Shown here piece after piece: positions 9,600-19,900 of a DNA stretch of 64,000 bases. Location: NCBI GenBank assembly GCA_965247635.1, contig CBDFHJ010000008.1, positions 135,653-199,652 on the forward strand, in the 5' to 3' direction. The stretch is from Dehalococcoidia bacterium. GTDB lineage: Bacteria; Chloroflexota; Dehalococcoidia; Lucifugimonadales; Australimonadaceae. Each line of letters opens with the position of its first letter. The stretch's first letter is position 1. Both the position numbers and the translations under genes were made by a program. Below the pieces are notes generated by a model, which was not told where the DNA came from, did no database searches, and saw nothing but the letters and a program-made list of their open reading frames with translations.

Positions 9600-10880
9600 A
9601 TGAAGGCAGAGGTAATCGCGGTCGGTACCGAGCTCCTCATGGGCGAGACGGCCGACACCAACTCCGGCTGGTTGGCCCAGCGCCTGCCGGAGTTGGGCCT
9701 TGAGTTGCACGCGATCATCGTGATAGGCGACGACCTCGACCGCCTTACGGACGCCTTGCAAAGGGCGTGGCGGCGCTCCGACTACGTCTTCACCATCGGC
9801 GGCCTCGGGCCCACCGAGGACGACATGACCCGCGACGCGGTGGCCAAGATGCTGGGCGAGACGATGACCACTGACCCCGAGCTCGTACGCTGGCTGGAGG
9901 CTCGGTTCCGGCGTCGGGGTACCGCGCCGATGCCGCTGCATAACCTGCGTCAAGCGGCCATCATCCCGTCCGCCGAGGGCCTCCCGAACCCGGTGGGCAC
10001 AGCGCCTGGCTGGTGGGTGGAGAAGGACGGCAAGGTCCTGGCCACCATGCCTGGGCCGCCCGGCGAGATGATGGAGATGTGGAACGATCAGCTAGCGCCG
10101 AGGCTTCAGGCCAGGGTCATCGGGAGCATCATCCAAACCCGCACGTTCAAGACCATCGGCCTGAGCGAGGCGGCGGTGGACGAAATGGTGTCGCACCTCT
10201 ACGCCACCGAGGGCCTGGACCTGGGCTGCTACGCAAAGTCCGACGGCATCTACCTGCGGGCCATCGCCAAGGCCACCACAGAGGCCGACGCCCTGACGGT
10301 CCTGGATGGCCTGGAGCGGGACGTGCGTCAGGCGCTGGGCCCCCACCTGTGGGGCTTGGACGAGGAGACGCCGCAGCAACGGGCGGGCCAGCTACTGCGA
10401 GAGCGCGGCTTTACCCTGGCCGTGCTAGAATCGTGTACGGGTGGCCTGGTGGCCGGCGCCATCACCGAGGTGCCGGGCAGCTCGGCGTACTTCAAGGGCG
10501 GCACCGTGACCTACGCCGATGACCGGAAGGTCGCGGCCGGCGTCGACCCCAAGGTTATCGAGGAGCACGGCGCGGTCAGCCACGAGTGCGCCGCGGCGAT
10601 GGCCGAGGCGGCACGCCGCACCCACGAGACCGACTGTGGTATCGGCGTAACGGGCGTGGCTGGCCCCGACGACCTGGAGGGCAATCCGCCGGGCTTGGTG
10701 TACATCGGCGTATCGCATCCGGGCGGCACCACCACCTCCGAGTATCGCTTCCCCGCGCGTCGTGCGCTGGTCCGCGGCAGAGCGGTGGCTTCGGCGCTGC
10801 TGGCGCTCTGCCAAGAGCTGCAGCGCGCGGAACCGACGGCGGACGAAGTAAGCGCCAGCGTCGAGGCAGCCGGCCGCTGA
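9600..10880 (+). CDS. cinA: CinA family protein (competence/damage-inducible; MoCF-binding domain plus nicotinamide-nucleotide amidohydrolase PncC domain)
   Basis: [31 protein letters not shown].....VIGDD.DRL..AL......[18 protein letters not shown] at the N-terminus. C-terminal PncC-like ..[27 protein letters not shown]... GGAGGG lies 4 nt upstream of the ATG. Confidence 0.9.
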   Translation: MKAEVIAVGTELLMGETADTNSGWLAQRLPELGLELHAIIVIGDDLDRLTDALQRAWRRSDYVFTIGGLGPTEDDMTRDAVAKMLGETMTTDPELVRWLEARFRRRGTAPMPLHNLRQAAIIPSAEGLPNPVGTAPGWWVEKDGKVLATMPGPPGEMMEMWNDQLAPRLQARVIGSIIQTRTFKTIGLSEAAVDEMVSHLYATEGLDLGCYAKSDGIYLRAIAKATTEADALTVLDGLERDVRQALGPHLWGLDEETPQQRAGQLLRERGFTLAVLESCTGGLVAGAITEVPGSSAYFKGGTVTYADDRKVAAGVDPKVIEEHGAVSHECAAAMAEAARRTHETDCGIGVTGVAGPDDLEGNPPGLVYIGVSHPGGTTTSEYRFPARRALVRGRAVASALLALCQELQRAEPTADEVSASVEAAGR

Positions 10881-11011
10881 GGCGAGCGCGAGCGTCGAAG
10901 CCGCCCACCGCATGACGGCGACGTTCCACCAGTCCAAGACAATAGCTTACCTTACGCAAAAGCTAGCTGTTCCGGCCTACGACCGAAGCAGCTACGTGCG
11001 AGACGAGGGCG

Positions 11012-12001
11012 ATGGTAGCATCAAACCGAACCCCGACGACGGACCGCAAGCCTGGCTTTGTGGTGTTAAGAATGCTTGAGTACTACGTTGGCAGGGTGGG
11101 GACGGTGTCTTTTCTGGTGGTGGCGCCGCTTATTACCCTGGGCATCGCCATCTACATGACCTGGAACTGGCTGGTGAGCTGGCAGGACATGGTCTTGCTG
11201 GGAGTGATGTACCTGTTCATCAGCTTCGGGGTGACGATTGGATACCACCGGTATCTGACCCATGCCGGGTTCAAAGCAAACCGTGTCGTGAAGTACGTGC
11301 TAGCCATCCTGGGAACAATGGGATTTCAGGGTGGCGCCGTATCGTGGGCGGCCAACCACCGGCTGCACCACGCCTATTCGGACGAGGAAGGGGACGTCCA
11401 CAGCCCTCATCTGAGCAAGAACCTGTTCCGAGGTTTCATCCACGCCCATATCGGATGGCTGCTGATAAACCAGCGGGCCGATCCCAAGAAGTGGGCCAAG
11501 GACCTGCTACAAGACGAAGGCATCTTATTCATTCAGCGCACCGCGCTTTTCTGGTGCGCGTTGAGCCTGGTGGTACCCTTCGCGATCGGGGGTTGGAGCG
11601 GGTTGCTGTGGGGTGGCCTCGTGAGGATACTCCTGACGCAGCATGTGACATTCTCGGTGAACTCGGTGTGCCATATCTTTGGAAACAGAGCCTTCGAGAC
11701 CAAGGACAAGAGCACCAACAACTGGCTGGTAGGGCTGCTGGGTATGGGTGAGGGGGGACACAACACCCATCACGCATCGCCTCGATCGGCTCGGCACGGT
11801 ATCAGGTGGTGGCACTTCGATACGAGCTGGAAGGTTATCCGGCTTCTGGAACGGCTGGGGCTGGCGCGCGACGTGTACGACCTGGACCCGGTGGGCCTGC
11901 CGATAGCGCTAAAGAAGCGGGCCGCCAGTGTAAAGGCGACGATTCGGCGAGATCTGAGGGTCAGCAAGGTGGTCAAGAGCGCCGCGGCTGCGGGCTCTTA
12001 A
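11012..12001 (+). CDS. acyl-CoA (delta-9-type) fatty acid desaturase, membrane-bound
   Basis: Three histidine boxes in the canonical order: HRYLTH, HRLHHAYSD, HNTHHASP. The N-terminal TM hairpin and overall length (329 aa) fit the family. Confidence 0.85.
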   Translation: MVASNRTPTTDRKPGFVVLRMLEYYVGRVGTVSFLVVAPLITLGIAIYMTWNWLVSWQDMVLLGVMYLFISFGVTIGYHRYLTHAGFKANRVVKYVLAILGTMGFQGGAVSWAANHRLHHAYSDEEGDVHSPHLSKNLFRGFIHAHIGWLLINQRADPKKWAKDLLQDEGILFIQRTALFWCALSLVVPFAIGGWSGLLWGGLVRILLTQHVTFSVNSVCHIFGNRAFETKDKSTNNWLVGLLGMGEGGHNTHHASPRSARHGIRWWHFDTSWKVIRLLERLGLARDVYDLDPVGLPIALKKRAASVKATIRRDLRVSKVVKSAAAAGS

Positions 12002-12752
12002 CTGACCCTAACCCCCTTCATTCCGTTTCCAAGCCTTTTTTAGAAGGACGTTCCTTTTCTACTTTCCCGCGCATCATGCACGGGTCCGCGGCAGAGCGGT
12101 GGACATCAGGCCGAAGGCGGCGTTTGAGGCTGTTCTAAGGGCATCAACAGCTCTAGCAGGCCTGTTCACCTAGCGGGAATTAGCCCACCATTCCGCGATG
12201 GCAGCGGTTCGGACCGTCGCGCCCGTCGTTCCATGCGACCAAGAGGCAGCCGCCCTTTTCTGCCTACTTCTTGGGTGGGCTGTTCCCCCGGTTAGGTCCC
12301 GATGGATTACCCGTCTTGCTCGGCCAGTTGGGACCAGAGGAACCTTTTCCACCCTTTCCGCCGCTTTTCGCCACCGCAGTCAACTTACTCGTGGCCCGCT
12401 CCTTCTTCCAAAAATGCTTGATCAGACCTCCAGGTAGCTACGGACTAGCTCATCATGCACCCCAACCTGGCGTGCACGCAACGCTAGGAGCTCCATGCTC
12501 GATGCGATCGCAGCCTGCCCTGGGCTTGGCGAAGTGTGGTCACGGCGGGCTAAGGTCGTTGGTGCGAAGCCCTCGTATGTCCTGCGACCCCACCTATAAG
12601 CTTCGCTTACAACGCCATAACCAAATGCCTCTAGCGGCACGAGCAGATGCCCGAGACAATTCCCACTGCGCCCCAACACGCGGCTGCAACAATTGAGAGA
12701 AACAGTAGAGCGACATGGAAGGGGAATTCGGGACCTGGCAATAAGGAGGCTA

Positions 12753-13217
12753 ATGATGAAAGAAGGCTCGGAGACGAAAGGTGGATGGAAGGGCCTGCCC
12801 TTCTACACGCGAGTAACAATCGCGGGGCTGCTCGTCTTCGCCCTGCTCTTTACGGGTATCAACAGTTTAGCCCTGGTCCCGGGCGGTGTGGATTCTGACG
12901 CGGTGGAACGGATCGTCTTTTACTTCCTGCTCATGATACCGACGGTCGTTGTTGTTGTTCTGACCTGGAGGTCTAGGCAGACGCTCATCGCCGCGATCGG
13001 GGCAATACTGGTGCTGCTGATAACCGCCCCGTCCATACCAATCGCCTTGGGCACCTTCAACAGCTTTTTCGACGCCGGGCTGTTCATCCCCGTAATGGTG
13101 TCGCTGATCGTGGCAGGGGTCCGCGGGTATCGTGGGATTCCTACAGCACCGTCGGGGCGCCACCCGCGACGTGTCCACGGCAGGCGAGCGGTGGAGGTTA
13201 CGTCAATAGGTGTGTAA
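12753..13217 (+). CDS. hypothetical polytopic membrane protein whose 3' end now runs into the IS element
   Basis: AAGGAGG at 12743-12749 precedes ATG 12753 (a second ATG is at 12756). Four hydrophobic segments. The last 7 codons and the stop (13194-13217, EVTSIGV*) are IS-derived sequence. Confidence 0.4.
   Translation: MMKEGSETKGGWKGLPFYTRVTIAGLLVFALLFTGINSLALVPGGVDSDAVERIVFYFLLMIPTVVVVVLTWRSRQTLIAAIGAILVLLITAPSIPIALGTFNSFFDAGLFIPVMVSLIVAGVRGYRGIPTAPSGRHPRRVHGRRAVEVTSIGV
13185..13194. repeat. left copy of the direct repeat flanking the IS (target-site duplication, 8-10 bp)
   Basis: CGAGCGGTGG at 13185-13194 is identical to 14565-14574. Confidence 0.8.
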
Positions 13218-14564
13218 ACGACATCAGGCGGCGACCTTCTCAGCCGTTGATTCAATGGCGATTCCATCCGCATACTGTGCACCGAGATAGACGTCTTCGA
13301 TCAACTCAGGGGCCTTCAGACGCCTGAAGCGCTGTTCGGCGACCATCAACATTTTCCAGATCACCGCTATCGCCCGATCGACCCTCTTGTAGCGCTTGGC
13401 GGCATCGGTCCGAAGCCTGAGGGCCGCGAAGGGTGATTCTACCGGGTTCGTCGTGCGAAGGTGCCCCCAGTGCTCCTTTGGGAAGTCATAGAAGGTGACC
13501 ATGCGGTCCCAGTCCCGCTCCAAGGCCTCTGAGGCCGCCTCGTAGGAATGGTCGCCGCACCACCTGGTGAACACCGTCCTGAGCCGCTCAGCCTCTGTCC
13601 GAGTCGGCGCGTAGGGGATAGTACGCAGCATGAGCTTGGCCTGGTCCTGTTGTCGCTTTGGAAGCTTGGCGAGCACGTTTACGATCTTGTGGTTCCAGCA
13701 GCGTTGCTCTGCCGCCTGCGGATAGACGTTGCGCAGAGCTCCCCAGATGCCCAGGTGTCCGTCCCCAACCACCAGCCTCGGGCACTCCAGCCCGCGGCGC
13801 CTCATGTCCCTGAGCACATCGGACCAGTTCTCTGTGGACTCCCTGTATCCGGGAACAGCGCTCACCACCACCTTGCTCCCGTCGCTCAGGGCCGCCACCA
13901 CCACCAGTACTGCCGCCTTCTCCTTCTCAAGACCAGCCTTGACGTAGACTCCATCCATCCACATGTAGACCACTTCCAGGTCATCTAGGGGCCGGCTGCG
14001 CCATTGGGCAAGCTCATCGTTCCACTTGGACTTCAACCGGGCCACCGTGCTCGCCGATACCGGTGCGTCCTCTCCCAGCAGCCCCCGCAAAGCCAGATCG
14101 AAGTCGCCTTCGGATAGACCGTGCAGGTACAGCTCGGGGATCAACTCAGCAACCTTCCTGGTCCTGTTGACGAACAGCGGCAGCAGCCGGCTCTCGAACT
14201 GCTCCTCGGTATCGCGGACTCGCGGCCGCCTCAGCTGTATCGTTCCCGAACTCAGCGTAAGCCTCCGGGCTCTGCCGTATCCGTTCCGATAGCCGGTATC
14301 ATTGTCCGAGTCGGATCTGAGCGCCGACTTCGCCCTTCCCAGAAACGCCGTCACCTCCTCCTCCAGCAACTCCTGGATCAGCCTCTGGACCTGGCTTCGC
14401 ACCCAATCCTCCAACTGCTCCCACTCCGGCCTTGACTCCGACCTACTCTCAGTGCTTTCCTTCCTCATGGGCGGTCTATCTCCTCTCTTGGGCCTCGAGC
14501 CCGTGTTGTTCAGAGAGAGGGTACACCGCCTGACTGTTTACACACTTTTTGAAGATACCTCCTC
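13195..14564 (-). mobile_element. IS256-family insertion sequence (about 1.37 kb)
   Basis: A single mutator-type transposase ORF. Imperfect terminal inverted repeats share GGAGGT..TCAA.A.GTGTGTAAAC..TCAGGCGG (left 13193-13231; right, reverse-complemented, 14526-14564). It is flanked by the 10-bp direct repeat CGAGCGGTGG. Ends are uncertain by about 2 nt. Confidence 0.8.
13224..14468 (-). CDS. IS256-family (mutator-type) transposase
   Basis: 414 aa. ..GYRNGY..R.L....G.I.L..PR.R.., ..YLHGLS..D....L..LLG......S...V.RL...W..E...W..R.L...EVVY.W.DG.Y.., ..VV.D.G..G...A....YP.A..QRCW.HK..NVL..LP.. are hallmark IS256 blocks. Confidence 0.9.
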   Translation of the reverse strand: MRKESTESRSESRPEWEQLEDWVRSQVQRLIQELLEEEVTAFLGRAKSALRSDSDNDTGYRNGYGRARRLTLSSGTIQLRRPRVRDTEEQFESRLLPLFVNRTRKVAELIPELYLHGLSEGDFDLALRGLLGEDAPVSASTVARLKSKWNDELAQWRSRPLDDLEVVYMWMDGVYVKAGLEKEKAAVLVVVAALSDGSKVVVSAVPGYRESTENWSDVLRDMRRRGLECPRLVVGDGHLGIWGALRNVYPQAAEQRCWNHKIVNVLAKLPKRQQDQAKLMLRTIPYAPTRTEAERLRTVFTRWCGDHSYEAASEALERDWDRMVTFYDFPKEHWGHLRTTNPVESPFAALRLRTDAAKRYKRVDRAIAVIWKMLMVAEQRFRRLKAPELIEDVYLGAQYADGIAIESTAEKVAA

Positions 14565-14574
14565 CGAGCGGTGG
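14565..14574. repeat. right copy of the direct repeat flanking the IS
   Basis: CGAGCGGTGG, identical to 13185-13194. Confidence 0.8.
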
Positions 14575-14595
14575 GTTCTCCGGGCGACAACGGCT

Positions 14596-14979
14596 ATGGT
14601 GGTCGGGCTCATGGCCGTCTCGGGCGCACTCCACCTCACGAGCGTTGAATCGGTGAGCGCTAACGAGAAGGCGGGGGCAATCAGCGTTGAGATGAAAAAT
14701 AGCACCTTCGAGCCCGCTCAGCTGACGGTGCCGGCCGGCAAGCCCGCCAAGTTCGTTGTCAGGAACCGTGATCTCACCGTGCACACGTTCACCATTGAAG
14801 CGCTTGGTATCGATGTCAAAGTGCTGCCGGGCAGCGAGGTACTGATCGAGTTGTCCTCACCTCCCGCGGGCACCTACGTGTACGCATGCACCTATGGCGG
14901 TGGGTTTAGCCTGCCACTCCATAAGCCAGAGGTTGAGAGCGAGCCCAGCGGCCTTCAGATAACGGCACGCTCGTGGTGA
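14596..14979 (+). CDS. cupredoxin-like domain protein; 5' region probably disrupted by the IS
   Basis: ..ISVEMKNSTFEPAQLTVPAGKPAKFVVRNRDLTVHTFTIEALGIDVKVLPGSEVLIELSSPPAGTYVYAC.. follows the EfeO/plastocyanin-like cupredoxin pattern. The same frame is open upstream across the restored empty site (..GERWVLRATTAMVVGLMAVSGAL), so the native start may lie left of the IS. ATG 14596 is the first start right of the IS. Confidence 0.4.
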   Translation: MVVGLMAVSGALHLTSVESVSANEKAGAISVEMKNSTFEPAQLTVPAGKPAKFVVRNRDLTVHTFTIEALGIDVKVLPGSEVLIELSSPPAGTYVYACTYGGGFSLPLHKPEVESEPSGLQITARSW

Positions 14980-15152
14980 CCGAAGCTTGACCGTCAGCGA
15001 TCGTTGACCGAGGCTGGCGAAGGGGGATGCGCGGCAGGCGATGGTGGTGGTCACGGGGAATCTTCTGGTGAAGATGGTGGAGTAATGAAGTCCAGCACCC
15101 CCCAAAACAATATTGGGCTCGCTAAGAGAGCGGCGGGCTTTGGCTATCACGC

Positions 15153-15189
15153 TTAGCACTCAAGCCATCGGCAGTATAATTAGCGCATG
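15153..15189 (+). promoter_or_regulatory. candidate promoter giving a leaderless or near-leaderless mRNA for the 572-aa lipoprotein
   Basis: TTAGCA (15153-15158), 16-nt spacer, TATAAT (15175-15180), 6 nt, ATG (15187). No Shine-Dalgarno between the -10 and the ATG. Confidence 0.35.
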
Positions 15190-16905
15190 CGACCATCCTT
15201 AGTCGAGCTCCTGATCATTGCCTCGGCTACGGCACTGCTGCTGGCCGCTTGCGCCAGGCCTGAACCAACTGCCACCTCTACGCCAACTCTCACGCCCACA
15301 GCTACTTCCGCCCCAACCACGATGCCTACGCAGACATCGACACCCGGTGTGCCACTGGGAGACGCGGTGGTGCTGAGCGCGCACCGGTTCGTACCGGTGG
15401 GTGGTTCCACCTCGGTGAGTGGCCTTGGGGTAGTGCTGGAGTCGGTTGCGCTGGATGAAGGTGCGCTGTCTTATGACCCAGTGGCCCGCACCGTATCGTG
15501 CGAGCGCGATGGGCAAGGCTTCATTCGGGCGCGTTATCGAGACGAGGACGCCCAGAAGAATCAGGTTCAGACAATCGCCATCGTGTGCATTGACGAGGAA
15601 GGCGAATGCGCTGGCCTACCTCGCGTGTCCTATGACTTCGAGAGGTACCTGGACCAGGAACCCAAGGGTGAGGCCGACTACCTGGCCCAGGGCGACGCCC
15701 TGCTGTACGGCGTCTGCACCATGAGCGGGAGCTTTCGTCTCCAGCGTCCGCCGTCCATGCCACCACTGATGTACCGGGTCATCGACGCGCTAGGCGACGG
15801 CCCGTACTCACTCTCAGACGCCGATTTCACCAAGCTACGTGACAGCGTCGTGGAGTCCTATTCCGGCGAGACGTGGTCACCTTCCTGGTTCTCCGCCGTG
15901 AGCCGGGAGATCGAAGCGTTGTCTATTCACGCCGACGGCAGCGTGCGATTCACGGCGCCCAGCGACTGCGCCATGACGGTGAGCTGTAGCTACGACCGCT
16001 CACTGGTACAGGCCGGCGACATCCTGAGCATCGGCTTCGGCACGCCGGAGAACGCGGGTTTCGAGGATGCCATCGAGGCTTCGATTGAGGTCACCGATGC
16101 TTTCGTGGCCGCTCACATCGATCTGGCGTGGGATGAGGAGACGACTGGCCTGGTCCCTGAGGCACGGAACATGGTCGTCTCTCGCCTGATTGGAATGGAG
16201 GTGAGCCGGGAGGCGCTAACGTTTTTCGATGGCCTCTATGACCTGCGCGGTTCAGGTGTGCGCGTCGCGTTGAACCCGTTCTGGCAGACCCGCGGACGCA
16301 TCCCCGACTTTTGTCACCCCGACCAGCAGGCTTTGTGTGAGGAGATCGAGGCGTTGCTGGACCACCGCGAGCGGGAACTGATTGCGGAGTGGCGTGGTCA
16401 AGCCTATGCGCTATGGTATTCGGAGTTCCTCGGCTATGACGATCAAGGACAATACATACCCCTCGCCAGTAGGGCGCCGGCCTTCGACGCTTTCGAGGGC
16501 GTTGCTGTCATCATAGACATCGGGAGACAGGTGGCTTCAGGGGAGAAGCCCCAGGTATTAGCGAATGCCGTACGCTCGCTTGCAGCCGAGGTTGGGACGG
16601 AGCAGCGGGTAGTGTTGTCGGCGGGCGCGGGCCCCATGAGATTCGCGGTGGACGGTGTTTTTTGTGAGGCCGAGGTACGCACCTCGGCATTCTCGGACTA
16701 CTATCGCGACTACGAGAGGGCTGTGGCTGCCATGCTGGAGGCTTTCGCACCGGGACAGGTGGAGGGATTCGCAATCTCGCTCTTCGACGGAGGCATCCAC
16801 TTCGACATCCGCGACCCGTACGAGAACAGAGGGGGCGTGCCCCTCAACCGCGTGGGCGAAACGGGCTTCAATAGCCCACTGATGAATCTTTACGTAGCAC
16901 GGTAG
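15187..16905 (+). CDS. hypothetical secreted lipoprotein (572 aa), no recognised catalytic domain
   Basis: MRPSLVELLIIASATALLLAAC: signal peptide with lipobox LAAC. A long Thr/Pro/Ser linker follows (PEPTATSTPTLTPTATSAPTTMPTQTSTP), then a possible Ig-like segment. The rest matched no family I recognise. Confidence 0.55.
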   Translation: MRPSLVELLIIASATALLLAACARPEPTATSTPTLTPTATSAPTTMPTQTSTPGVPLGDAVVLSAHRFVPVGGSTSVSGLGVVLESVALDEGALSYDPVARTVSCERDGQGFIRARYRDEDAQKNQVQTIAIVCIDEEGECAGLPRVSYDFERYLDQEPKGEADYLAQGDALLYGVCTMSGSFRLQRPPSMPPLMYRVIDALGDGPYSLSDADFTKLRDSVVESYSGETWSPSWFSAVSREIEALSIHADGSVRFTAPSDCAMTVSCSYDRSLVQAGDILSIGFGTPENAGFEDAIEASIEVTDAFVAAHIDLAWDEETTGLVPEARNMVVSRLIGMEVSREALTFFDGLYDLRGSGVRVALNPFWQTRGRIPDFCHPDQQALCEEIEALLDHRERELIAEWRGQAYALWYSEFLGYDDQGQYIPLASRAPAFDAFEGVAVIIDIGRQVASGEKPQVLANAVRSLAAEVGTEQRVVLSAGAGPMRFAVDGVFCEAEVRTSAFSDYYRDYERAVAAMLEAFAPGQVEGFAISLFDGGIHFDIRDPYENRGGVPLNRVGETGFNSPLMNLYVAR

Positions 16906-16928
16906 CGGCCTGTCTTGCGCATGCCCGA

Positions 16929-19900
16929 CTAGATGGTCAGGCGGCGGTAGAGGTAGGGCAGGCGGCTGGGCAGGTCCATGACGTCGGGCAGCACTTCGTA
17001 CCCCATGTCGCCGGCCATGGTGCGCAGGTAGTCGTGGCCCTGGCGGTCCACGGTCAGACAGAAGGGCGTGATGTCCTTCTTGCGGGCCTCCATCAGCGCC
17101 ATGCGCGTGTCCTGCACCGCGTACTCCTTCTCCACGCCCTCCCGGCTATACCCCCGGTCCTGGGGACGGCCGTCGCTGATGACGAAGAGGAACTTGGTCT
17201 TCGCCGATACCTGCTCCAGCTTGGTGGCGGCGTGCCGGATGGCGGGCCCCATGCGCGTGGCGTGGAGCGGCGATACCTTGTCCAGCCGGCTTTTCACCTG
17301 GTCGGACAGCGGCTCCTCAATCTCCTTGATGACGTAGAACTCGACGTTCTCGCGTCCAAAGCCTGAGAAGCCGTACACGCCGTACTGATCGCCGATCATC
17401 TCCAGCGCGGTCATCAGCAGCACCATGGACTCTTTCTCCACGTCTATGATGCGCTTGTACTGACGGCGGCCGCCTTCGCCACGGCGCACGCGCAACCACG
17501 CCGCGTAGGCCGCCGGATCGGTCGGTATATCCCACTCGGCGTCCCGCTTGGCCTCCTCCACCGCCTCCGCCGTGGAAGCGCTCATATCCAACAGGAACAC
17601 CACGCCCACGTCGCGCTCCGCCTTGTTCCGGCGCCAGTAGATCTTCTCGTCGGGCACGAGGCCCGTCCGGAGGTCGATGAGCGCCTCGATGCCAGCGTCC
17701 AGGTCCACGTCTTCGCCCTCCGGCAGACGCTTCACCTTGCGGTACATCTCCGGCTTCACCGCCTCGAACTGCCGGCGGATCTGGTCCATCAGGCCGGAGT
17801 AGTTCTGAAGCGTCTCGGCGTAGAATCGGGTCTCGCCCATGAGCACCTGCTTCTCCTGGACGATGCACCAGCGGGGGCGGTAGTCGTTGGCGCGGAAGTC
17901 CCATTCGTCGTACACGTAGCTGCGCGGCTCCTTGACGTCCAACGCCCCGCCACGCTCCTCCTGATGCGGGATGTCCTGGTATCCGGCGCTGCTCCGCGCG
18001 GGCGGCAGGTCCACACCCTGCTCTTGCAGCAGGTTCTGGGCGAAGGTGACGACGTCGCCATCCTCGCTCAGCTCCAGCTCGGCGGAGGCCTTCAGAAGCT
18101 CCTCCAACATCTCCTGGGAGAGCGTCTGGCGGTCCTCTTCTTCGTCAACGCCTTCCGTTCCGCGGATTCGGGTGAGGAGCTGGACCATCTCCGGTTTGAA
18201 GTCGCCGCGGAAGTCGACCTCCTCCGGTGATTCGTACCCTCCCGGTTGCTCCTGCTCGTCTTCCTCCTGCTTCCGCTCCTCTGCTATCTGTTTCACCATA
18301 CCCTTGGTATCGCCCTCTTCGAACTCCACGTCGCCAAACCCCTGGTCCTCCCAGTCCTCGGGTGAGACCTCGTCGTTGGGCAGCTTGGAGATGACGGCGT
18401 AGATGCGGATGGTGGCCTCGGCCGAGTCCTCCACGGTGGCCGTGGGACTCTGGACCCGCTTGAGCAGCGCGGCGATGGCCCGGGCCTGGCGTGTGTAGGC
18501 TATGGGAACAGGCACCTGTTGGTCGAAATCGAGGCTCAGACGCACCAGTAGCTCCACCATGGCCATCTGCACGGGCATGTCCTGAATGGACGGCCGGTGC
18601 GCGAGGGCGTCGGTTTGCACCCACCGGTAATGGGACGCCAGGCCCTGGTAGCGGAAGAGCAGTGCGGTGTCCACCCGGCCGTCCTCCACGGCGCCGAAGA
18701 TGTCGGACGCCAGCTGCCGGGAGGCGAACAGGTCGAAGAACTCCGACATATCGGTGGTAAAGCCGCTCTCGGCGTGCCGGGGACGACGCTTCGCCAACGC
18801 TGGCCGGAGGTCTTTGAACAGGGGGGCCGGTTGGCCGAACTCAAGCTCGAAGCTGCCAAACTCCAGGTGGCCTACCTGGTGGGTGGTTACCACCTTCAGC
18901 CACGCAAAGTTATCTTGCTTCCGCGCCTCCCGGTCCACGATGGGCGGGAGAAAGATGCGCTTGCCGTCGGTGGAGGCCTGTTCCATGGAGACCCAGCCGA
19001 TGTTTTTCACGGCCAGGTCTTGAACAGGCAGCAGCTCCACGCTGGAGCCGGCGAGGGCGCGAGAGTAAATGCTGAAAAGGCCCTTCACCTTCTCCAGCTC
19101 GATGCTGGAGGAGAGGGTGTCCAGCACGTCCTCGGCTCGGGAGGACTCCAGCTTGAAGTACGCGACGCCGGAATCGGGGTTCTCCTCCAGAAGGCTCACG
19201 CCGTGCTGGAACCAGGTTTCCACCTGAGATGGGCTAATGCGCTCCAAGATCCTGGGCAGGCTCTTCAGGAAGGACCCCACCGCCTCCGGCGTGTAGCTCG
19301 CCAGGGACGCGGCCTGCTCCAGCAGCGCGTCTTGCCGTTCGCTGGGCGCCAGCGCCAGCGCCTGCGCGGACTCCACGATGAACGAAGCGACGTTGGTCAT
19401 GCCCTGGCGCGATAGCCGCTCCGCCAGCGTGATGAACTGGGCGCGCTGCTTGGGGCCGATGCTGGCGTTGATCTTCCCGACCGCCTCAAAGCACCCGCGC
19501 ACCTCTCGCCAGCTGCTGGATGCGAGGGTCCGTGCCAGCGAGATCACCTCGGTTCGCTCGCTGATGGTGGGCAGCACCCGCTGGCCTAGGTGGAGGCACT
19601 CCGCCGCTAGGTCGTAGGAGCGCTGGGAAAGCGCTTCTACCAGGGCGCCAAACGATTCCAGCTCGCGGAAGGTGAGGTAATTGGTCAGCTCAGGGCTCAG
19701 CTCGAAGAAACGGGCGGCCAGATTGCTCGACTTCCAGGTGCCCCTGAACAGTCCGTGGCCCAGGCCGGCCCAGCCTGGAATGTGACGCGCATGCAGGTTG
19801 AGCAGGGCCGTGGGGCTGGCCCGGAAGAAGGCCGCCGCCACCGTTGGCGAATCGTGGCACAAGGTAGCGCCCGTGTCGGCCCACCGCAGGAATTGGCTCA

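Noticed and set aside
12170-12696. Short ORFs in the gene-less stretch (12170..12352 -, 12271..12696 +, 12422..12679 -) and a Lys/Gly-rich minus-strand mini-frame
   Set aside because: They mutually overlap, lack SD/start context and have an odd composition, and I recognise no family. I kept the stretch only as an unexplained region, not as genes.
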